The notes below the pieces were generated by a model that did no database searches, was not told where the DNA came from, and was given only the letters and a program-made list of their open reading frames with translations. A program made the position numbers and the translations under genes. Below are positions 53,115-63,735 of a stretch of 64,000 nt of DNA, in pieces. The stretch lies in the NCBI RefSeq assembly GCF_000006765.1, contig NC_002516.2; one strand, given 5' to 3'. Source of the stretch: Pseudomonas aeruginosa PAO1 (GTDB taxonomy: Bacteria > Pseudomonadota > Gammaproteobacteria > Pseudomonadales > Pseudomonadaceae). Numbering within the stretch: the first letter of the stretch is position 1; each line of letters opens with the position of its first letter.

Positions 53115-53185
53115 CAGGCAGCAACAGACAACCTTAGTCATCGGGACGCCGCGCGCAAGAGGGCGCGGCCATCAGTCACGGGTTT

Positions 53186-54109
53186 TCAGAGCTTTTCCAG
53201 ACAGCCGGCAAATTCGCCTGCCAGGTTGTTCAGAAGATTCTCATAGCCGTTAGCGTCCACGCTCACGTTCACGCCCAGGTCGTCCAGTTCGGCCAGGCGC
53301 ACCGGCAGGCCTTCGCTGAGGGTGTCGGCCAGCCGCGGTCGAAGCGGCGGCTCGCTGAAGATGCAGGCCGGACCGGCGGCCTTCAGCTGGGCGCGCATGG
53401 CGGCGACATGGCGTGCTCCCGGCTGGACCTCCGCGGATACCGCGAACACGCCGGTATGGCGCAACCCGTAGGCCTCCTCGAAATAGTCGAAGGCTTCGTG
53501 GAAGACGAAGAAAGGCTTGCCGGCAAGCTTGCCCAGGCGTTCGCGGAGTTTCCCGTCGAGCCCGCCGAGGCGCTCATCGAAGGCCTTCAGGTTGGCCCGG
53601 TAGCGCCCGGCGTTGGCCGGGTCGACCTGGGCCAGGTCCTCGGCCATCCGCGCGGCGATGGTGCGGGCGTTGGCCGGCAACAGCCAGAGGTGGGCGTCGA
53701 GCATGCCGGGACGATGGTCATGGTCGTGCTCGTCGTGCCCGGCATGCTCCTCTTCCTCGAAATTGACGAACTTGCGCAGGTGCATGCCCGGCAGGTCCTG
53801 CACCGCGACGCTGGTGCCCTGGCGGCCGGCGAGCACCTTGGGCAGGAAGTTCTCCAGGTCCGGGCCGATCCAGTAGAACAATTGCACCTCGCGCAGCCGC
53901 CGTACGTCGGAAGGACGCAGGGCGTACTGGTGCGGCGAGGCGCCCGGCGGCAGCAGTACGTCCGGCTGGCCGACGCCGTCCTGGATGGCCGCGGCGACCA
54001 GTTGCAGCGGTTTGATGCTGGTCAGCACGCTGACCTCGGCGCGCGCCGGCGAAGCCAGCAGGAACAGGGCGAAGCAGGTGGACAGCAGGGCAAAGGGACG
54101 CAGGGTCAC
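53186..54109 (-). CDS. znuA: Zinc ABC transporter substrate-binding protein ZnuA
   Basis: GTG start; SIKPLQL, GASPHQY, His-rich loop, DAHLWL, FHEAFDYFE. Confidence 0.92.
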   Translation of the reverse strand: MTLRPFALLSTCFALFLLASPARAEVSVLTSIKPLQLVAAAIQDGVGQPDVLLPPGASPHQYALRPSDVRRLREVQLFYWIGPDLENFLPKVLAGRQGTSVAVQDLPGMHLRKFVNFEEEEHAGHDEHDHDHRPGMLDAHLWLLPANARTIAARMAEDLAQVDPANAGRYRANLKAFDERLGGLDGKLRERLGKLAGKPFFVFHEAFDYFEEAYGLRHTGVFAVSAEVQPGARHVAAMRAQLKAAGPACIFSEPPLRPRLADTLSEGLPVRLAELDDLGVNVSVDANGYENLLNNLAGEFAGCLEKL

Positions 54110-54139
54110 GGCGGCACTCACATGAAAGGTGGTTAGCGG

Positions 54140-54152
54140 GTAATATAATAAC
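54140..54152. promoter_or_regulatory. Zur box candidate between divergent znuA and zur
   Basis: GTAATATAATAAC, a near-palindrome of the GTTAT-N3-ATAAC type. Confidence 0.65.
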
Positions 54153-54178
54153 GTCTCTACCCTCGAGCGTCGCAGCCC

Positions 54179-54682
54179 ATGTACAAGATTGCGCCCAAGA
54201 CCCCGCTGGCCTGCCAGCCCCATGACCACAGCCAGTGCGTCAGCACCGCGCTGGCCGAGGCCGATGCGCTGTGCGCGCGCCAGGGCGTGCGCCTGACCGA
54301 ACTGCGGCGGCGCGTGCTGGAACTGGTCTGGCAGAGCCACAAGCCGCTGGGGGCCTACGATATCCTCGCGGTGCTCAGCGAAACCGACGGCCGCCGCGCC
54401 GCGCCGCCGACCGTCTACCGCGCGCTGGACTTCCTCCAGGAGAACGGCCTGGTGCACCGCATCGCCTCGCTCAACGCGTTCGTCGGCTGCAACAACCCGG
54501 AGCACAGCCACCAGGGCCAGTTCCTCATCTGCCGCACCTGCCACACCGCGATCGAGCTGGAACAGCCGGATATCAGCCGGGCCATCGTCGCCGGAGCGAA
54601 CAGCGTCGGCTTCGCCGTGGAAAGCCAGACCGTCGAGGTGGTCGGCCTCTGCGGCACCTGCCGGGACCAGAAGGACGCCTGA
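54179..54682 (+). CDS. zur: Zinc uptake regulator Zur (Np20)
   Basis: Fur fold; [15 protein letters not shown] and CGTC zinc sites. Confidence 0.95.
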   Translation: MYKIAPKTPLACQPHDHSQCVSTALAEADALCARQGVRLTELRRRVLELVWQSHKPLGAYDILAVLSETDGRRAAPPTVYRALDFLQENGLVHRIASLNAFVGCNNPEHSHQGQFLICRTCHTAIELEQPDISRAIVAGANSVGFAVESQTVEVVGLCGTCRDQKDA

Positions 54683-55491
54683 TGGACAACGCGCTGGTGC
54701 GGCTGACCCAGGTCGGCGTGTCCTTCAACGGCCAGGCAGTGCTGAGCGATGTCGACCTGGCCATCGAGCCCGGCCAGATCGTCACCCTGATCGGCCCCAA
54801 CGGCGCCGGCAAGACCACCCTGGTACGCAGCGTGCTCGGCCTGCTCAAGCCGCACGTCGGCGAGGTCTGGCGACGGCCGCGGCTGACCATCGGCTACATG
54901 CCGCAGAAACTCCACGTCGACGCCACCCTGCCGCTCAGCGTACTGCGCTTCCTCCGCCTGGTACCCGGGGTCAAGCGCGAGCAGGCGCTGGCGGCGTTGC
55001 GCGAGGTCGGCGCGGCGCACGTGCTGGAGCGCCCGCTGCAAAGCATTTCCGGCGGCGAACTGCAACGCGTGCTGCTGGCCCGCGCCCTGCTGCGCAAGCC
55101 CGAGCTGCTGGTGCTCGACGAGCCGGTGCAGGGCGTCGACGTCGCCGGCCAGGCTGAACTCTACCGCCTCATCGGCAAACTGCGCGACCGCTACGGCTGC
55201 GGTGTGCTGATGGTCTCCCACGACCTGCACCTGGTGATGAGCGCCACCGACCAGGTGGTCTGCCTGAACCGCCACGTCTGCTGCTCCGGGCACCCCGAGC
55301 AGGTCAGCGGCGACCCGGCGTTCGTCGAGCTGTTCGGCCAGGACGCTCGCAGCCTGGCGATCTACCACCACCATCACGACCACGCCCACGACCTCCACGG
55401 CGAGGTGGTCAAGGCCGGTCCCGGCGCCTTGCCTCCAGGCACCCGCTTCACTCCTGTCCACAAGCACGGCCCCGACTGCAACCATGGCTGA
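54682..55491 (+). CDS. znuC: Zinc ABC transporter ATPase with His-rich tail
   Basis: [23 protein letters not shown]-terminal HHHHDHAH. Confidence 0.95.
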   Translation: MDNALVRLTQVGVSFNGQAVLSDVDLAIEPGQIVTLIGPNGAGKTTLVRSVLGLLKPHVGEVWRRPRLTIGYMPQKLHVDATLPLSVLRFLRLVPGVKREQALAALREVGAAHVLERPLQSISGGELQRVLLARALLRKPELLVLDEPVQGVDVAGQAELYRLIGKLRDRYGCGVLMVSHDLHLVMSATDQVVCLNRHVCCSGHPEQVSGDPAFVELFGQDARSLAIYHHHHDHAHDLHGEVVKAGPGALPPGTRFTPVHKHGPDCNHG

Positions 55492-56272
55492 CTTCCTGCT
55501 CAACGCCCTCCTCGCCGGCCTCGCCCTGGCCCTGGTGGCCGGCCCCCTGGGCTCCTTCGTGGTCTGGCGACGGATGGCCTATTTCGGCGATACCCTGTCC
55601 CACGCCGCACTGCTCGGGGTAGCCCTGGGTTTCCTCCTCGATGTCAGCCCGACCCTGGCTGTGACCGTCGGCTGCGTGCTGCTCGCGGTGCTGCTGGTGA
55701 CCCTGCAGCAGCGCCAGCCGCTGGCCGCCGACACCCTGCTGGGCATCCTCGCCCACAGCACCCTGTCGCTGGGCCTGGTCACCCTGAGCTTCATGAAGGA
55801 AGTGCGGGTCGACCTGATGGCCTACCTGTTCGGCGATCTGCTGGCGGTGAGCGCCAGCGACCTGCTGTGGATAATCGCCGGCAGCGCGCTGGTCCTGGCA
55901 CTGATCTGCTTCCTCTGGCGGCCGCTGCTGGCGATCACCGTGCACGAGGAACTGGCGAAGGTGGAAGGCCTGCCGGTCGGAGCGATCCGCCTGGCGCTGA
56001 TGTTGCTGATCGCCATCGTCATCGCCGTGGCGATGAAGATCGTCGGCGTACTGCTGATCACCTCGCTGCTGATCATTCCCGCCGCCGCCGCCCAGCGCCA
56101 TGCCCGCAGTCCCGAGCAGATGGCGGTCGGTGCCAGCCTGCTGGGACTGGTCGCGGTGTGCGCCGGCCTGGCCCTGTCCTGGTTCAAGGATACCCCCGCC
56201 GGCCCCTCGATCGTGGTCAGCGCCGCCGGCCTGTTCCTGCTGAGTTTTGTCCTGCCCCGCCGCACGGTGTAG
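55484..56272 (+). CDS. znuB: Zinc ABC transporter permease
   Basis: [39 protein letters not shown]. Confidence 0.95.
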   Translation: MADFLLNALLAGLALALVAGPLGSFVVWRRMAYFGDTLSHAALLGVALGFLLDVSPTLAVTVGCVLLAVLLVTLQQRQPLAADTLLGILAHSTLSLGLVTLSFMKEVRVDLMAYLFGDLLAVSASDLLWIIAGSALVLALICFLWRPLLAITVHEELAKVEGLPVGAIRLALMLLIAIVIAVAMKIVGVLLITSLLIIPAAAAQRHARSPEQMAVGASLLGLVAVCAGLALSWFKDTPAGPSIVVSAAGLFLLSFVLPRRTV

Positions 56273-56310
56273 AATCTGGCGATTTTTTGACCAAACGAGA
56301 ACCCGCAGGA

Positions 56311-57102
56311 ATGATGTCGTCCTTCTTTCGCCTGCTGTCCGTCCTGGCGGCGGCGCTGCTGGTCAGCGCCTGCCAGGGCAATGCGTCGTCGCAACCGACG
56401 CCGGTGGTCGCGCCCCAGGCGCAGCCCGCCGATCCCTATGCCGAACTGCAGGAAACCCTGGCCGCCGGCAAGCTCGAACAGGCCGAGCAACAATGGCTGG
56501 CCCTGCGCAGCGCCGCCGCCGGCGACGAGCGCGTCGAAGCATTCCGCCGCCAGTTGGCCGAGGCCTACATGCAGCGCGGGGAAACCGCGCTGCGTCAAGG
56601 AGACCTCAACACCGCCACCAGCGCCCTCGGCCATGCCCGCGGACTGATGCCCAAGGCGCCGGCGCTGACCGCCGGGCTGGACGGTGCGATCAACCGCGCC
56701 AAGGTCGATCCCGCCCGCGCCGAGCAGGCCCGACGCATGCAGCAGGCGGCCCAGCAGCAGATGCAGCAGATCATCCAGACGCCGCCCGACGGCGAACTGA
56801 AGCCGCTGCCCGGCGCTCCCCACCTGATCGATCCGCAAGCGGCCAGCAGCGCCGTGCCCCTGCCGATGCTCGACGGCACCGGCCAGGGCGGCCTCGGTGC
56901 GGTGCTCGACGCGGTGGCCGCGGATGTTGTCGCCTACCGTTGCAGGGTGCATATCGAAGTGCGCCGGGACAGCGACTATCCGCTGGTTTCCGACCAGCTC
57001 CTGGCGCGGGTGAAGAAGCTCTCACCCGATTTCGACCTGCATCTCAGCCATGTCGTACAGGCCGACAAGCCGACCCGATTGATACTTACCCCCCGGAATT
57101 GA
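56311..57102 (+). CDS. Lipoprotein with TPR-like helices (PA5502-like)
   Basis: Lipobox LVSAC; helical Ala/Gln-rich body. Confidence 0.8.
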   Translation: MMSSFFRLLSVLAAALLVSACQGNASSQPTPVVAPQAQPADPYAELQETLAAGKLEQAEQQWLALRSAAAGDERVEAFRRQLAEAYMQRGETALRQGDLNTATSALGHARGLMPKAPALTAGLDGAINRAKVDPARAEQARRMQQAAQQQMQQIIQTPPDGELKPLPGAPHLIDPQAASSAVPLPMLDGTGQGGLGAVLDAVAADVVAYRCRVHIEVRRDSDYPLVSDQLLARVKKLSPDFDLHLSHVVQADKPTRLILTPRN

Positions 57103-57308
57103 GGCCGGTCCAGCCCCGGCCGCAGCAGAAAGCGCTTGTCGGGAGCGAACCAGACGCTTATTCCATTTCAATGATTTTTCATCACCAATAAATATTAATA
57201 ATGCATAAGAAAGCAAGGTAAAATGCTCGGTTTAGCTGACCGCCCATGCTTCCCGCCAAGCCCGTGCTCCAGCCGTAACAGCATCGCCGCACCCACAAGG
57301 TTCGCCCA

Positions 57309-58316
57309 GTGATCGAATTCCACGACGTCCACAAGACCTATCGAGTTGCCGGTCGGGAAATCCCCGCCTTGCAACCGACCCGCCTGAACATCCAGGCCGG
57401 GCAGATTTTCGGCCTGATCGGCCATTCCGGTGCCGGCAAGAGCACCCTGCTGCGCCTGATCAACCGCCTCGAGGAGCCCAGCGGCGGCCGCATCCTGGTC
57501 GAGGGCGAAGACGTCACCGCCCTCGACGCCGAAGGCCTGCGCCGTTTCCGCCAGCGCGTCGGGATGATCTTCCAGCACTTCAACCTGCTGTCCTCGAAGA
57601 CCGTCGCCGACAACATCGCCATGCCTCTGCGCCTGGCCGGCGGCTTCAGCCGTGCCGAAGTCGATGCGCGGGTTTCCGAGCTGCTCGCGCGGGTCGGCCT
57701 GTCCGACCACGCGCGCAAGTATCCGGCCCAGCTCTCCGGCGGACAGAAACAGCGCGTCGGCATCGCTCGCGCCCTGGCCTGCCGGCCGAGCATCCTGCTC
57801 TGCGACGAGGCCACCAGCGCCCTCGATCCGCAGACCACCGCCTCGGTCCTGCAACTGCTGGCGGAAATCAATCGCGAGCTGAAGCTGACCATCGTCCTCA
57901 TCACCCACGAGATGGACGTGATCCGTCGTGTCTGCGACCAGGTCGCGGTCATGGACGGCGGCGCCATCGTCGAGCAGGGCGATGTCGCCGATGTCTTCCT
58001 CCATCCGCAGCACCCGACCACCCGCCGCTTCGTGTTCGAGGCCGAACGGGTCGACGAGGACGAGCGCCACGACGATTTCGCCCACGTGCCGGGTCTCATC
58101 CTGCGCCTGACCTTCCGCGGCGAAGCCACCTATGCGCCGCTGCTGGGCACCGTGGCGCGGCAGACCGGGGTCGACTACAGCATCCTTTCCGGACGCATCG
58201 ACCGCATCAAGGACACGCCCTACGGCCAGTTGACCCTGGCCCTGGTCGGCGGTGACCTGGAAGCCGCCATGAGCCAGTTGAACGCCGCTGACGTACATGT
58301 GGAGGTACTGCGCTGA
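57309..58316 (+). CDS. metN: Methionine ABC transporter ATPase with NIL domain
   Basis: [35 protein letters not shown]; GTG start. Confidence 0.93.
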   Translation: MIEFHDVHKTYRVAGREIPALQPTRLNIQAGQIFGLIGHSGAGKSTLLRLINRLEEPSGGRILVEGEDVTALDAEGLRRFRQRVGMIFQHFNLLSSKTVADNIAMPLRLAGGFSRAEVDARVSELLARVGLSDHARKYPAQLSGGQKQRVGIARALACRPSILLCDEATSALDPQTTASVLQLLAEINRELKLTIVLITHEMDVIRRVCDQVAVMDGGAIVEQGDVADVFLHPQHPTTRRFVFEAERVDEDERHDDFAHVPGLILRLTFRGEATYAPLLGTVARQTGVDYSILSGRIDRIKDTPYGQLTLALVGGDLEAAMSQLNAADVHVEVLR

Positions 58317-58993
58317 TGGACTTCTTCGAAACCATGAGCTTCGCCAACATCGACTGGTACGAAATCTGGCTGGCCAGCGTCGACACCTTCTGGATGCTCG
58401 GCGGTTCGCTGCTGTTCACAGTGGTCCTCGGCCTGCCCCTCGGCGTCCTGCTGTTCCTTACCGGGCCACGGCAGATGTTCGAGCAGAAGGCGGTCTACAC
58501 CCTGCTCTCGCTAGTGGTGAACATCCTCCGTTCGTTGCCGTTCATCATCCTGCTGATCGTGATGATCCCGCTGACCGTACTGATCACCGGTACCTCGCTG
58601 GGCGTCGCCGGGGCCATCCCGCCGCTGGTGGTGGGCGCCACGCCGTTCTTCGCGCGCCTGGTGGAAACCGCGCTGCGCGAGGTCGACAAGGGCATCATCG
58701 AGGCAACCCAGGCGATGGGCGCCAGCACCCGGCAGATCATCTGGAACGCCCTGCTGCCGGAAGCCCGGCCGGGCATCATCGCCGCCATCACCGTCACCGC
58801 CATCACCCTGGTCTCGTACACCGCGATGGCCGGAGTGGTCGGCGCCGGCGGGCTGGGCGACCTGGCGATCCGCTTCGGCTATCAGCGCTTCCAGACCGAC
58901 GTGATGGTGGTCACGGTGGTGATGCTGCTGATCCTCGTCCAGATTCTGCAAACCGTGGGCGACAAGCTGGTGGTGCACTTCTCGCGCAAGTAA
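58316..58993 (+). CDS. metI: Methionine ABC transporter permease
   Basis: RSLPFIILL, SYTAMAGVVGAGGLGDLAIRFGYQRF. Confidence 0.93.
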   Translation: MDFFETMSFANIDWYEIWLASVDTFWMLGGSLLFTVVLGLPLGVLLFLTGPRQMFEQKAVYTLLSLVVNILRSLPFIILLIVMIPLTVLITGTSLGVAGAIPPLVVGATPFFARLVETALREVDKGIIEATQAMGASTRQIIWNALLPEARPGIIAAITVTAITLVSYTAMAGVVGAGGLGDLAIRFGYQRFQTDVMVVTVVMLLILVQILQTVGDKLVVHFSRK

Positions 58994-59069
58994 GCTTGCC
59001 GGCCAAGCCCAAAACCCTGAGCGCCGCGGTTATCCACAGCCGCCAGGAACACCTCGAAAGGAGTTGAAG

Positions 59070-59852
59070 ATGAAAAAACTGCTTGCTGCTTTCTCCGCTG
59101 TCGCGGCGCTCGGCCTCACCGCCGCCCAGGCCGCCGAGTCCCTCACCGTCGCGGCCACCCCGGTGCCGCACGCGGAGATCCTCAACGTGGTCAAGCCGCT
59201 GCTGGCCAAGGAAGGCGTGGACCTGAAGATCAAGGAGTTCACCGACTACGTGCAGCCGAACGTGCAGGTCTCGGAAAAGCGCCTGGACGCCAACTTCTTC
59301 CAGCACCAGCCGTACCTCGATGAGTTCAACAAGGCCAAGGGCACCGACCTGGTCGCCGTGACCGGCGTACACATCGAGCCGCTGGGCGCCTACTCGAGCA
59401 AGTACAAGAAGCTCGACGAACTGCCTTCCGGCGCTACCGTGGTGATTCCCAACGACGCCACCAACGGCGGCCGCGCCCTGCTCCTGCTGGACAAGGCCGG
59501 GGTGATCAAGCTCAAGGACAACAAGAGCATCACCGCCACGCCGAAGGACATCGTCGACAATCCGAAGAACATCAAGATCCGCGAACTGGAAGCCGCGACC
59601 CTGCCGCGCGTGCTGACCCAGGTCGACATGGCGCTGATCAATACCAACTACGCCCTGGAAGCCAAGCTGAACCCAACCAAGGATGCGCTGGCCATCGAAG
59701 GCAGCGACTCGCCCTACGTGAACATCCTCGTCGCGCGGCCGGACAACAAGGACAGCGACGCCATGCAGAAGCTGGCCAAGGCCCTGCACAGCGCCGAGAT
59801 CAAGCAGTTCATCCAGGAGAAGTACAAAGGCGCGGTGGTACCGGCGTTCTGA
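59070..59852 (+). CDS. metQ: MetQ/NlpA family substrate-binding protein
   Basis: AGGAG RBS; TPVPHAEIL, FTDYVQPN, NFFQHQPYL, PNDATNGGRAL. Confidence 0.92.
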   Translation: MKKLLAAFSAVAALGLTAAQAAESLTVAATPVPHAEILNVVKPLLAKEGVDLKIKEFTDYVQPNVQVSEKRLDANFFQHQPYLDEFNKAKGTDLVAVTGVHIEPLGAYSSKYKKLDELPSGATVVIPNDATNGGRALLLLDKAGVIKLKDNKSITATPKDIVDNPKNIKIRELEAATLPRVLTQVDMALINTNYALEAKLNPTKDALAIEGSDSPYVNILVARPDNKDSDAMQKLAKALHSAEIKQFIQEKYKGAVVPAF

Positions 59853-59876
59853 GCCAAGCCGCGTAACCGCCCCTGG

Positions 59877-59905
59877 AAAAAGCCCGGTCTTCGACCGGGC
59901 TTTTT
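59877..59905. terminator. Symmetric (potentially bidirectional) intrinsic terminator after metQ
   Basis: AAAAAGCCCGGTC-TTC-GACCGGGCTTTTT. Confidence 0.9.
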
Positions 59906-59973
59906 CTTTTCCGTCCCGGCCGTACGTCTGCCTGCCGTGCCACGACAGAGGTCATTCGGCCGTTTGCGGGAAA

Positions 59974-60027
59974 TGTAGTGAAAAAAACATTCCGTCACAT
60001 ATTGAACAATCTGAAAAATTCACTACA
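59974..60027. promoter_or_regulatory. Inverted repeat upstream of qapR; candidate operator
   Basis: TGTAGTGAA (59974-59982) and TTCACTACA (60019-60027) in an AT-rich promoter region. Confidence 0.5.
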
Positions 60028-60054
60028 CAATCGACCCACCTTCGAGGATGCCCC

Positions 60055-60912
60055 ATGCAAGAACTAAAACAACGCCTGGCCTCCCCGCCCGCCGAACTGA
60101 CGCCCGCGGAGCGCAAGGTGGTGCGTGCCCTGCTCGATGACTACCCGCGCCTCGGCCTCGGTCCGATGACGCGCCTGGCCCGGCACGCCGGAGTCAGCGA
60201 CCCGACGATCATGCGCCTGGTGAAAAAGCTCGGCTTCGCCGGCTACGGCGACTTCCAGGAAGCGCTGCTGGCCGACGTCGACGACCGCCTGCGCTCGCCG
60301 CGCACCCTGCTCGCCGAACGCCGCGAGCGGATGGGCCGCGACGACACCTGGGCGCGCTACCTCGACCAGGCTGGCCAGAGCCTGCAACAGACCCTCGGCC
60401 TGACCCGCCCCGATGACATCCAGCGCCTCGCCGACTGGCTGCTCGACAGCCGCCTGCGCGTGCACTGCCACGGCGGACGCTTCAGCCGTTTCCTCGCCGG
60501 CTACCTGGTCACCCATCTGCGCCTGCTGCGCCCGCAGTGCCGATTGCTCGACGACGGCGCCCTGCTCCCCGACCAGCTCTACGACCTCGGCCGCCAGGAC
60601 CTGCTGGTCCTGTTCGACTATCGCCGCTACCAGAGCCAGGCCCAGCACGTGGCCCAAGCCGCCAAGGCACGCGGCACACGGCTGGTGCTGTTCACCGACA
60701 TCTACGCCTCGCCGCTGCGCGAACACGCCGACCTGATCGTCAGTTCGCCAGTGGAATCCGCCTCGCCCTTCGACTCGCTGGTGCCGGCCATGGCCCAGGT
60801 CGAAGCACTGGTAGCGACCCTGGTGGCGCGCATGGGCGCGCCGCTCGACGAACGCCTGGAGGGCATCGACCAGCTCCGCAACGCGTTCAGCAGTCATATT
60901 CTGGAGGAATGA
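60055..60912 (+). CDS. qapR: RpiR/MurR family regulator QapR
   Basis: HTH (LTPAERKV...VSDPTIMRLVKKLGFAGY) plus SIS domain. Confidence 0.85.
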   Translation: MQELKQRLASPPAELTPAERKVVRALLDDYPRLGLGPMTRLARHAGVSDPTIMRLVKKLGFAGYGDFQEALLADVDDRLRSPRTLLAERRERMGRDDTWARYLDQAGQSLQQTLGLTRPDDIQRLADWLLDSRLRVHCHGGRFSRFLAGYLVTHLRLLRPQCRLLDDGALLPDQLYDLGRQDLLVLFDYRRYQSQAQHVAQAAKARGTRLVLFTDIYASPLREHADLIVSSPVESASPFDSLVPAMAQVEALVATLVARMGAPLDERLEGIDQLRNAFSSHILEE

Positions 60913-60916
60913 CCCG

Positions 60917-61570
60917 ATGTTCAGCCTGCCCCACCACTCGCCGCGCGACCTGCCATTCGGCCGCCGGCAGACCGCCATCCTGTTCGTCGACATGCAGCGT
61001 GCCTGGGTCGAGCCGGGGCGCGACCCGCACGTCGATCCGCAGGCAGCCGGTTACTTCTACGAGCGCGTGCAGAACCAGGTGATCCCCAACCAGCAGCGCC
61101 TGCTCAGGGCCATGCGCGCAGTGGACGAGAACGTCCTGCACACCGTCATCGAGAGCCTCACCGCCGATGGTCGCGACCGCTCGCTGGATCACAAGCTGTC
61201 GGAGATGCACCTGCCCAAGGGCAGCCCGGACGCCAGGGTGATCGACGCCCTGGAGCCGACCGCCAACGAGATCGTGCTGCCGAAGACTTCTTCCGGCGTT
61301 TTCAACTCCACCGCCATCGACTACGTACTGCGCAACCTCGGCACCCGCCACCTGATCGTCTGCGGGGTGGTCACCGACCAGTGCGTGGACATGGCCGTGC
61401 GCGATGCCGCCGACCGCGGTTACCTGGTCACCCTGGTCGAGGATGCCTGCGCCACCCATACCCCGGAACGCCACCAGGCCTGCCTGGAAGCGATCAAGGG
61501 CTACTGCTGGATCAGCGACACCGAGACCGTCCTGCAACGCATCGCCGCCCTCGGCCGGAGCAACCTGTGA
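60917..61570 (+). CDS. Isochorismatase-like cysteine hydrolase
   Basis: FVDMQ, LPKTSS, GVVTDQCV (D-K-C triad), AADRGY. Confidence 0.88.
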   Translation: MFSLPHHSPRDLPFGRRQTAILFVDMQRAWVEPGRDPHVDPQAAGYFYERVQNQVIPNQQRLLRAMRAVDENVLHTVIESLTADGRDRSLDHKLSEMHLPKGSPDARVIDALEPTANEIVLPKTSSGVFNSTAIDYVLRNLGTRHLIVCGVVTDQCVDMAVRDAADRGYLVTLVEDACATHTPERHQACLEAIKGYCWISDTETVLQRIAALGRSNL

Positions 61571-62898
61571 ACCGCCTGCAGCCGGTACGCCTGGTCAGCT
61601 TCGTCACCACCGACCTGGCCGGCATCACCCGCGGGCGTTCGCTGCCCCTGGCGACCCTGGAGGAGCAATTGGCCAGCGGTTGCGGCTGGGTACCGGCGAA
61701 CAGCTCGCTGACCCCGCAGGACCTGATCGACGAGAGCAGCCCCTGGGGCAGCCACGGCGACCTGCGCCTGCTGCCCGACCCGAACAGCCGGGTGCGCGTC
61801 GAGCAGGGTCCCGACGCCGCTGCGCCGGCGCTCGACTACCTGCACGGCAACCTGGTGGAAACCGACGGCACGCCGTGGCCGGCCTGCCCGCGCAGCCTGC
61901 TGCGGGCCGAGGTGGAACGCTATCGCGACAGCGGCCTGCAGGTCATCGCGGCGTTCGAACACGAATTCAGCCTGCTCGGCCTGCCCGGCGAGCGTCCGGC
62001 CGCGGCGTTTTCGCTGCAGGCCCAGCGTGCCGCCGGGCAGTTCCCCGGCTGGCTGGTCAGCGCCCTGGCCCAGGCTGGCACCGAGCCGGAGATGTTCCTC
62101 CCCGAATACGGCCAGCGCCAGTACGAGGTCACCTGCCGCCCGGCGCAGGGCGTGGCCGCCGCCGACCGCGCGGTGAACGTCCGCGAGGTCACTCGCGAAG
62201 TGGCGCGGCAGATGGGCCTGCGTACCTGCTTCGCACCGCTGCCGGCACCCGGCGCGGTGACCAACGGGGTGCACCTGCACCTGAGCCTGCAACATGCCGA
62301 CGGCAGCCCGCTGCTGTACGAGCCCGGTCGACCCAACGATCTCTCCGAACTCGGCGAGCACTGGGCCGCCGGCGTGCTCGCGCACCTGCCAGCGCTGTGC
62401 GCGCTGACCGCGCCTACCGCCGCCTCCTACCTGCGCCTGAAACCCCACCACTGGAGCGCCGCCTACGCCTGCCTGGGACTGCGCAACCGCGAAGCGGCGC
62501 TGCGCATCTGCCCGGTGGTGAGCGTCGGCGGCAAGCCGCTGGGCAAGCAGTACAACCTGGAATTCCGGCCGATGGACGCCACCACCTGTCCGCACCTGGC
62601 GATGGCCGCGGTGCTGATCGCCGGCCGCCTGGGCATCGAACGACGCCTGCCGCTGCGCGCCCTGGCCGATGTCGATCCGCACGGCCTCAGCGACGAAGAG
62701 CGCCAGGCCCGCGGCATCCAGGCCCTGCCGGCGACCCTCGGCGATGCGCTCGACTGCCTGCAACGCGACGAGGCGCTCTGTGCCGAGCTGCCAAAGCCGC
62801 TGCTGGACACCTACCTCGCCATGAAGCGCCACGAACTGGCGCTGACGGCGGGCCTTTCCGACGACGACCTGTGCCGCCACTATGCCGAGCTCTACTGA
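61567..62898 (+). CDS. pauA7: Glutamine synthetase-like gamma-glutamyl ligase
   Basis: GTGA overlap; FEHEF, PEYGQRQYEV, NGVHLHLS, RNREAALR, LEFRPMD. Confidence 0.85.
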   Translation: MNRLQPVRLVSFVTTDLAGITRGRSLPLATLEEQLASGCGWVPANSSLTPQDLIDESSPWGSHGDLRLLPDPNSRVRVEQGPDAAAPALDYLHGNLVETDGTPWPACPRSLLRAEVERYRDSGLQVIAAFEHEFSLLGLPGERPAAAFSLQAQRAAGQFPGWLVSALAQAGTEPEMFLPEYGQRQYEVTCRPAQGVAAADRAVNVREVTREVARQMGLRTCFAPLPAPGAVTNGVHLHLSLQHADGSPLLYEPGRPNDLSELGEHWAAGVLAHLPALCALTAPTAASYLRLKPHHWSAAYACLGLRNREAALRICPVVSVGGKPLGKQYNLEFRPMDATTCPHLAMAAVLIAGRLGIERRLPLRALADVDPHGLSDEERQARGIQALPATLGDALDCLQRDEALCAELPKPLLDTYLAMKRHELALTAGLSDDDLCRHYAELY

Positions 62899-63634
62899 CA
62901 ACCCCGAACTCGGCATCTACCAGCTGCCGCCCTACCACCTGCTCAATCCCCAAGGGCGCAGCCCGGTGGTCCTGGTCTGCGAGCATGCCAGCCGGCACAT
63001 TCCGCTGGAGTTGCAGCGCCTCGGCCTGGACCAGGCCGCGGCGGAAGAACACATCGCCTGGGATATCGGCGCCCTGGCGCTGGCCGAAGAGCTTTCCCGG
63101 CGACTCGACGCGCCATTGCTGGCGGCCGGCTACTCGCGTCTGCTGATCGACCTGAACCGACCGCTGGAGGCCCCCGACAGCATTCCGCCACACAGCGAGG
63201 TCTACCCCGTTCCCGGCAACCGCGAGCTGTCCGAGACGGTGCGCCGCTATCGCCAGGATTGCCTGTTCCATCCGTTCCACCAGCGCCTGACGCAACTGCT
63301 CGACGAGCGCCAGGCCGCCGGCGTGCCGACCCGTGTGGTCGGCGTGCACAGTTTTACCCCGGTGTACCACGGCAGACCCCGCCCGCTGGTTGCCGGGGTG
63401 CTTTATCGCAACGCCGGCGCCTACGCCAGGCGCATCCTCGACGGTTTGCGCCGGCACGGCCTGGAAGTCGCCGGCAACCAGCCCTATGCGATCGACCCGG
63501 CGGAAGACACTACCGTTCCGGTGCATGGCGACGCACGCGGTCTGGAAGCGGTGCTGCTGGAGATCCGCAACGATGGATTGCGCACGCCGGATGCGGTGTA
63601 CGCCTGGGCCGAGCGTCTGTATCCCTGGCTCTGA
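62882..63634 (+). CDS. N-formylglutamate amidohydrolase family protein
   Basis: CEHAS, WDIGA, SRLLIDLNR, VHSFTP, EIRND. Confidence 0.88.
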   Translation: MPSSTDNPELGIYQLPPYHLLNPQGRSPVVLVCEHASRHIPLELQRLGLDQAAAEEHIAWDIGALALAEELSRRLDAPLLAAGYSRLLIDLNRPLEAPDSIPPHSEVYPVPGNRELSETVRRYRQDCLFHPFHQRLTQLLDERQAAGVPTRVVGVHSFTPVYHGRPRPLVAGVLYRNAGAYARRILDGLRRHGLEVAGNQPYAIDPAEDTTVPVHGDARGLEAVLLEIRNDGLRTPDAVYAWAERLYPWL

Positions 63635-63735
63635 TGCGATGACCGGCACCGCCGGTCGCCAATAACGAGAAAGAGGCCCGCTTCGCGTGCGGCGCCGATA
63701 ACGACAATACGCTGCCTTTTCCCGAGGAGCCCGTC

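Noticed and set aside
53017-53185. Cobalamin riboswitch upstream of nrdJa
   Set aside because: The intergenic region is short and occupied by NrdR/Anr sites, and no B12-box sequence is recognisable.
54110-54544. 452-aa version of znuA
   Set aside because: The extension is antisense to zur and runs through the Zur box. The signal peptide begins at GTG 54109.
57160-57230. AT-rich patch upstream of metN as foreign DNA or a SAM riboswitch
   Set aside because: It is only about 70 bp, consistent with a promoter region, and no riboswitch consensus is recognisable.
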